Assembly: GCA_012295275.1 (NCBI GenBank)
Contig: CM022675.1
Location: 5,704,001-5,768,000, forward strand
Direction: 5' to 3'
Source: Chrysomallon squamiferum
Taxonomy: Eukaryota; Animalia; Mollusca
Length of the DNA stretch: 64,000 nucleotides
The notes below the pieces were generated by a model. It did no database searches. It was not told where the DNA came from and was given only the letters and a program-made list of their open reading frames with translations. The translations under genes and the position numbers were made by a program. Below, piece after piece: positions 56,112 to 64,000 of this stretch; within the stretch, counting starts at the first letter, position 1; every line of letters begins with the position of its first letter.

Positions 56112-57410
56112 CAGACAAGACATTTCAGTGAGGGATTTCCTAGACATTAATATTAGAGGAACGTCTGTGCAAATTGTGTAATGATCTGAGTGAAATCTTA
56201 TCGCATGCTCCACGATATGTTTTCCAAAGTCTGAAGCGTTGTTTAGGAAACAATAAAAGAAGATAACAGAAAAGAAGACAAGACAACAACGATGAAAGGA
56301 TGATGGTATGTTTGTTCTACGTCAAATTAAAGTAATCTTTGCCTTTCAGTATTGACATCACTGAAAATGATTCAGATTATCTGATTGGTATTCTCAATCG
56401 GTGAAACGTTTCAACCGAAAATGACTGAAAAAATATCATGTTTTAACTTCACAAAAACGAAAGAGTTATTAAAAAGATAATAAGAAGAAGACAAAAAATA
56501 AAAAAATAAACTGAAGAAAAAGAGAAGCAAAAAGCAAAAACGTGAAAAGAAAAATCCTTTCATCTTTAGAAAACATAAACAAACAAAATATAATAATACC
56601 TTCAAAAATAAAGAAATAAAGAAAGAAATAGATACAAAAAAAAAAATTATTAATAAAAGTGGAAAGAAATCAACTAGAAAAGAAAGCTTGATATTTTAAA
56701 ACTATAATAAAATATTCATAAAAGTTCCAATTCATATACAATTAACACATAAAACGAGGAACACTAGGGGTGAAAATGCTAAGATGCATACATTCGAACA
56801 CATGCACTATTATTATCGCACTGTTGCTAATTACAAAGTAATACAAATTGTGCACCTTTAAAAAGAAAGAACACTTCATTTACAATCCACGCTTCAGTTA
56901 ACAGTTAAAAACTGTCAGTGACGGTGCAAAATACTGATTTTGAGTTAACTGCACTTATACACACATAAATGATTTAAAAGAAGAGAAACATAATTATACA
57001 TACATAAATGTATATGAACTGCTTTTATCATAGTGTTGCTAAAATGTTACTCATACAAATGTTAGACTTCAAAGTGAAAGCAGACTTTTAGTTAGTCTGT
57101 ACAACTGAGCTGAAACTAACAAAACGGAGTTATTATGTAATATACAGTTCAGTGATTTTCAATTAACTGTTGTTAAAACACACACACACGCACACACACG
57201 CACACACACACACACTTATCATAGAATGGCCTGAAAGAAAGGAAAGATAATTATGTATATCGTAATTTCTTTTATCGTTGTGTTGCTCATAAGTCAATGA
57301 AAGCGAATTGTAGACATTTAAAGAACACTTTTATTTAGTTTCAACACTTCAGTTATCATACGAAAGCTGAATGTTAGTACGTAATGCAGTATATTGATTC
57401 TTAATTAACT

Positions 57411-57496
<86 letters not shown>

Positions 57497-59034
57497 CAGA
57501 GAGAGAGAGAGAGAGCTGTTTGTTTCCTATCTTGAAAATTCAACGTCAACGGCACATGTCGCCAGAGTATCAACAAGAAGCATACCATGAAATTTAGATA
57601 ACAAAAAATATTTATTGTCAAAAAGAAAAGTGCAAAATTTGTGTTATGTTTAAGCGTGATGTCACAGTATGTGTGTACATAAATATGTATTTAATTTCTA
57701 CTTGATGTTTTACCTTTATTTATTTACTTGACGATAAGTTTAAATTTGCAAATACACAAGACCGCCGAAATTGAAGTATTTTTTTTTTCCTCTCGAAAAC
57801 ATTGACGTGGTATTTTCAGGGGTAAACATGGAGATTGTGTATGAAACTGAACATAATTACTGTTTCTTCACATTAAAAACCAGAATCTTCTTATTGTTTT
57901 GTACTTCTTACAGTGTTCTCTGGGGTAAAAAGCAATGCATCATATATATATATAATGTGTTAGTGACATAATATGATGCACTGCTTTTTACCCCAGAGAG
58001 CACTGTAAGAAGTATATCACAATAATAACATTCTGGTTTTTTAATGTGTATATATATATATACAATTCTTCGTCCTGAATACGTTTCAAGTCTGAATGAT
58101 ATCTAAAATGAGCTGTCAGATTCTTGTATAAGAAACAAAACAAAATACATGAAATTATTTTCCTGCATGCTTTATTGAAAATAAAGAAGAACAAAAGGAA
58201 GATCAATTAAGGTTAATTAATATATAGCAGTTAAAATCAAATGTAAAACAAATGTAAACTTAAATAATAATAATTGAAATAAAAATAAAACAAAAATAAA
58301 AAGTACAATAAATGAAAATATACATAAGTAAACTTTAGTAGAAGAAAAACAACAAATAAATAATAAAGAAATGAAATAATGAAAAGGAATGGTCATAAAA
58401 ATTACTGTTCTTTGAACGATTCCTTAAACCAGTGAAATTTAACTGTAAGCAAACAACAAAACAAACTTTTAAAAACATCAGTATGTAAACGAACAGACGG
58501 ATAAATAAATAAACAAATAAATAAACAAGCAATCAAACAAACAAACAAATAAATAAATAAATAAATGTTTGATAAAGAAAACTATGATGGATAGCCAGAA
58601 AAGCGAAAAAAGACAAAAAGTAAGACTCCGAATAAATGCACAATTATTTAAAGCATCCGAATCTATTCTAACAGCAGAATGTAATCAGTTTAATATTTTT
58701 AATTACTATGCAGTAGCAATATCAATCAGAAAGCCAACACCAACAACTAACTTTAAGTGCATTTGAAAAGAAAAAAAAAAGAAAGACTAAAACCAAATCC
58801 GAGCATTGCGAACTTGTGTCTAAAGCCATACAAACACATTTTTTTCTTTTTCTTTTTTTTAAATTTTCCAAAATCGAAATGAATAAACAAAAGAAATTAA
58901 CCTGGGAGAAAGCAATACATAAATTGAAATTAAAAAACAAATTATAATAATAATTATAATAATAAAAATACGAATAAAAGTATTTGCAATAATAAATTAA
59001 TAAAAAAAAAATAAAAATCAATTATTAACGACAA

Positions 59035-59089
<55 letters not shown>

Positions 59090-59269
59090 GTAAAAGCAAC
59101 AATAATAATTGAATAAAACATTGAAACAGATTTCAAGTGCAGTTTGGAATATTTGTCATGTTTGTTAACATCTTCTTTTCACTGATTGGACTCTTTTACG
59201 CGTAAAATGCATGCCATTTTTTTCAAGTTCAGTTTGCTACTACAATATGTGAAGTATTTGTGAGGTTAA

Positions 59270-61264
59270 TTAAATGTGATGTTTGTTAATATCGTTCTTC
59301 TTCTGAATTGACGTTTTCTTCTTCAGGAAGACGATCACCACAATCCCAATGACAAGTGAGAAGATGATCACCATGGCAACAGAGAGAACAATCAGAATCG
59401 TGTTGTTGTCATGAACTTGATCAGATCCATGCCTTTCACCTAGAATAGAGTAAGATTTTAAATATTATGTTTGGTTTTATTTCTTGCAACTAATATATGT
59501 TAAAGAAAGTCTGCATTTAACTGTTGATTTAATCTGACAAAACTAATCACAAATATAAGTTACGTTAAAGGAAACGAATCAATGGTTACAGATCTAACAT
59601 AAACTCACTTGGTGTTCGATCTTCCACCATCACGTCCAGAACAGTAAATGTCTTTCTGACAAGTTCATCAGACGCTTCAGCCGATCTTCGTTTTCTTCCA
59701 AACCCTTTCTTGCCATTGCAGTCCACCTGACATTGAAAATGTCTACGTGAAAATTTTAACTCAAAATATAATGTAATTTTCTCATTTTTTATTTTGTAGA
59801 AAACGTTGACGGATCAAATACAGAAAGTAAGACTACTTGACAAAAAATAATATTATAAAAAATAATAATAATAATAATGAAATATTAAAATAACAACAAA
59901 CATTTAAGAATACAACAAGGAACAATCAAAAACTAATAATAAGGAACTAAATTTTGAAAAAACAACAACAGAAATGATGAAACTTACTGGGTCACACAGA
60001 GATTTTTGATCTGGAGGACAAACTTTGACAGAACATTCTGTAGAGACTACGTTGTTTTTGTTAAAGGTGAAAGCTTTCAACTTGAATGTGACGTTGTTTC
60101 CCGACCTTTCAGGCTCGTGTATCATCAGTTTACCAATCTCAGACGACGGGCAGCTGTATAAAGAAACAATATTATCCAGTAATCACCACCAAATATCATT
60201 TCTCTTTAATACATTAATTACCACTAAACACTCAGTCTTGTAAAGTCAGATTGTGTAATTAAAATGTTCTAAGAGGGTATCAAATTGATGACTAGATGGC
60301 TGATTACAAAAGATGGATATAGTTTTTTTCAGAATATATTAATAATATTCGTTTGTAGAGTGGCTGAAATGTATCAAAATATAATATGATGTGACAGGAA
60401 CCATCTTTGTGTTTCAGTTTAATGTACAATGGATATTGATGAAAATTTTCTACCAGGAGAAGGCTGATCGAAATGTTTAATTATAATGCATAACTAACTA
60501 CAAGTTCTGTTGTAGGGCTGTAGACACCGTTCACTCAGAAGTATTTATGACATTTTGAAGAAAAAACTTCTCTCAGAAACAATGACTCCCTCTCCGATAA
60601 AAAAAATCAATAAAAAAAAATCATCAACAACAAAAAATAACACAAATTTCCAAGAAATATGTGCGCTAAAAAGAAAAAGATTTTACCTGTTTTCAATGAT
60701 TTTCAATGTTTCACTATCTTCTCCAGTTTTCTGATTATCAGCAGTGCATGATTCCACTCTGACAGTACCTGGTTCAGGCTCTGTTTCGAACATATTACAG
60801 TATTACTGCTTGTCAAACAAAATTATATTCTTTACTGTGAGAAAAAGTCAGGATTATGCTATAACTGTGGAGTTAAATATCATGTTCTCTAGTGATTTTA
60901 TTTGTATGCTAATATATTAGTAAGGGTCAGTACTTCTTTTAGTTCATATTATGTAATGGTAATATTGGGAAACGTAATTTCAGAAAAGTTCAATAATAAT
61001 TAGAAGCGAACGAAAGACTCAGTAATTGTCGATACAGATAACCGATATTGAATGGTGTCTTTATAAGAAACAAGCAAGGTACATTTCAATACACATGCTA
61101 TAAAACGTAATAATAATACTATCGATAATAATCAAATGAAAATGTCATGCAAATTGAAGTTAAATTTTAAAGGATGAAATATTTAATATTTGTGTTTGTA
61201 TGTGTGATTATGTGCATTAGAAATCTACTACTACTACTGCTATTACTACTACTACTACTACTAT

Positions 61265-61297
<33 letters not shown>

Positions 61298-61592
61298 AAT
61301 TAATATAATAATAATAATACTAAAATACATATTTGTTTCATTAAACCTTATTGCAATTTATACAGATAGTGGGCAAGCATAAAAATGAGCAAAACTAGAA
61401 ACGTAAGGATTAATTGTGATTAATTTGTGAGTTACCACATACGACACCAGCATCATCGTTATGGCTACACTTAAAGTTTCCCCATTGAAAATTACACTGT
61501 TCAAGACTTGTTTCATTTCCCAGACAGTGAATGTCACGCAAAGGATAGGTCCTGATCCTGGACCAAAATCAGCTCTGTGAGGCAGCAGCGAG
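59270..61592 (-). CDS. 3' part of an SRCR + partial ZP-C + furin site + transmembrane protein (DMBT1-like); exons 61592-61436, 60780-60687, 60153-59988, 59726-59609, 59439-59270
   Basis: Canonical splice sites with compatible phases. It reads FGPGSGPI..DIHCLGNETSLEQC..CSHNDDAGVVC / VRVESCTAD..KIIENSCP / FKLKAFTF..ECSVKVC..C / RKRRS / ILIVLSVAMVIIFSLVIGIVVIVF-LKKK..stop. There is an apparent 1-nt deletion in the SRCR exon (about 61541), and the 5' part is lost at the gap. Confidence 0.8.
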
Positions 61593-61631
61593 CTGGAAAG
61601 GCTGCAGTATGGGATATTTTCAAGTTAAGAG

Positions 61632-61831
61632 NNNNNNNNNNNNNNNNNNNNNNNNNNNNNNNNNNNNNNNNNNNNNNNNNNNNNNNNNNNNNNNNNNNNN
61701 NNNNNNNNNNNNNNNNNNNNNNNNNNNNNNNNNNNNNNNNNNNNNNNNNNNNNNNNNNNNNNNNNNNNNNNNNNNNNNNNNNNNNNNNNNNNNNNNNNNN
61801 NNNNNNNNNNNNNNNNNNNNNNNNNNNNNNN
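61632..61831. other. Assembly gap (200 N)
   Basis: Run of exactly 200 N. Confidence 1.
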
Positions 61832-62600
61832 AACTATGTAAAACCATAGACATTAGTACAGATGGGGCAGATACAACTATATACAACTCATAGACATTAG
61901 TACAGAGGGGCAGATACAACTATATACAACTCATAGACATTATTACAGATAGGGCAGATACAACTATGTAAAACTCATAGACATTAGTACAGAGGGGGCA
62001 GATACAACTATATACAACTCATAGACATTATTACAGATAGGACAGATACAACTATGTAAAACTCATAGACATTATTACAGATAGGGCAGATACAACTATG
62101 TAAAACTCATAGACATTAGTACAGAGGGGGCAGATACAACTATATACAACTCTTAGACATTATTACAGATAGGGCAGATACAACTATGTAAAACTCATAG
62201 ACATTAGTACAGATAGGGTAGATACAACTATATACAACTCATAAACATTAGTACACAAAAGGTGGCTACAACTGTCTACACATCATTGACATTAGTATAG
62301 AGTGGCCAGATACAACTATATACAACTCATTGACGTTAATACAGAGAGGCAGATACAACTATGTACAACCTACAGACATTAGCGTTCACTGGGGAAGTAG
62401 AACTATGTCAAACTGATAGACGTTAGTACAGGGAGGGCAGATAACACAATGTACAACTCATACAATTTACAGATGTTAGTGCTCAGAGGGGAGAAACAAC
62501 TATTTCAAACTGATAGACATTAGCGTAGACAGGGCGAATACAAATACGTAGAACTCAAGGACATTGAAGCAGACAAGGACAAATACAACTATGAGGAATT
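61832..62600. repeat. Minisatellite, 43-44 bp unit, decaying rightward
   Basis: GATACAACTATATACAACTCATAGACATTAGTACAGAGGGGCA repeats (starts at 61870, 61913, 61957...). Confidence 0.95.
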
Positions 62601-63412
62601 CATATCCCATACAGCCTTCTTGAACTGAGATGTGTATGATATTAGCAGCCATCAAATATTAGAGCTTTCACAATCATGCTGTGAAAACTGTTAACATTTA
62701 CAAACGAGGTAGATAGATGGTGATTTACATTTATGTTGAAGAAACATATACACTAAAAAGGAAACATATTTAAATAAACATAAATACTTAAATACACACA
62801 GATTTAAGACCTAATGAATATTGCTAAATTTTAATTTGATCTAAATGTTAGATAACCAAGCGTCATTAAGATCTTCATCTAGTATAAGCTGACAGTAACA
62901 AAATACGAATTTCATGCAGTTCCCTAGGCATATAATTAATTAAAATATATAAATAAATAAGTAAATAAATAATTAAATAAATAAATAAATAAGCAAGCTT
63001 TTGTCTGGATGTACATTGATATGTTTTTAGTAAATTATTTAAATGATAAATTGTTCACAGCTACAATATGAAGTCAATTTGTGATAATTAATTTACTGTG
63101 TTTGTGGTTTCAGTTTGTGATTACAAACACTGATAATTAATTTACTGTTTGTGATTTCAGTTTGTGATGACAATTTGTTTGTGATGATGGTCAATGTGAT
63201 AATTAATTTACTGTTTGTGATTTCAGTTTGTGATGACAAGTGTATAATTCATAGACATTAATACAGTGAGGACAGATAGAGCTATACATAATTAAATATT
63301 TATCTGGATATACTCTCATATGTTTTCAGTAAAATATTTAAATGCTAAATTGCTCAGAGCTACAATGTGAAGTCAATTCTTGATAACTGTTTTACTGTGT
63401 TTGTGCTTTCAG

Positions 63413-63679
63413 TTTGTGATGGCAAACACTGGGGTGTGAACTGTGCTAACTCCTGTGTGTGTACAGTCAATGCTGTCAACTGCAGCTCGGTGGACGGAAG
63501 TTGTACGTGTAAAGAAGGCTGGGAAGGAGAAGACTGCGGAGCTGACATCAACGAGTGTGAGAGAAACAAAACAATCTGCAGCAGTCTTGATCATTCTGTG
63601 TGTAACAACAAAAATGGATCTTACAGCTGTGACTGTCAAATTGGTTACAGTAAAAGCAAAGATGGAACCAACTGTGATG
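63413..63679 (+). CDS. Internal phase-1 exon (267 nt): MEGF/laminin-type EGF-like repeat + calcium-binding EGF
   Basis: tttcag| ... |gtaagg boundaries; reads CDGKHWGVNCANSCVC..CSSVDGSCTCKEGWEGEDC and DINECERNKTIC..CNNKNGSYSCDCQIGY..C. Confidence 0.9.
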
Positions 63680-63936
63680 GTAAGGAGCTGACATTTTTCT
63701 CTGTGTGTTTGTGTGTGTGATTTTGTGCATATATGTTTGTGTTTGTGCATATCTGTATGTGTGTATGTATATATACATTTTTTCTTCTTCATTTCTGTTT
63801 CAACAATGTTGCAAGTGAATTCTGGGATTACTTTGTTCTGATACAAATGTAAATCAGAGGTGAAGATTTGTTAAAAAAAATGATATATTTTGGTGACTTT
63901 AGTATAGTGTCGTTCCTATTTTTATTATTACTGTTA

Positions 63937-63988
<52 letters not shown>

Positions 63989-64000
63989 TACTATTAATTA

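Noticed and set aside
61832-62600. CRISPR-like regular repeats
   Set aside because: Head-to-tail minisatellite without unique spacers; eukaryotic context and no cas genes.

Overview
AT-rich, microsatellite-dense eukaryotic (animal) DNA with GT-AG introns; the gene content suggests a mollusc, which is an inference. The core is an intact 4-coding-exon, minus-strand gene (23586..16445, about 1990 aa) encoding a STAND-class P-loop NTPase (nSTAND3-like) followed by about 30+ ankyrin repeats. It has a short N-terminus with a RHIM-like motif and hypervariable aromatic-rich loop inserts in every second repeat. Around it lie derived copies: a 5'-truncated inverted paralog with a shuffled 198-bp ankyrin-doublet array (41108-44290, plus about 6 kb of duplicated 3' flank), a decayed ankyrin fragment (about 8400-9378), and a 4-copy tandem array of the gene family's promoter/first-exon cassette (1-4330). 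Also present: two copies of a decayed virus/transposon-like ORF with HUH-like motifs, a TIR transposon, a tRNA-derived SINE, the 3' half of an SRCR + partial ZP-C + TM (DMBT1-like) gene with scrambled pseudo-exons elsewhere, one EGF/cbEGF exon, a minisatellite and a 200-N scaffold gap. All domain calls come from reading motifs by eye; no database search was run.
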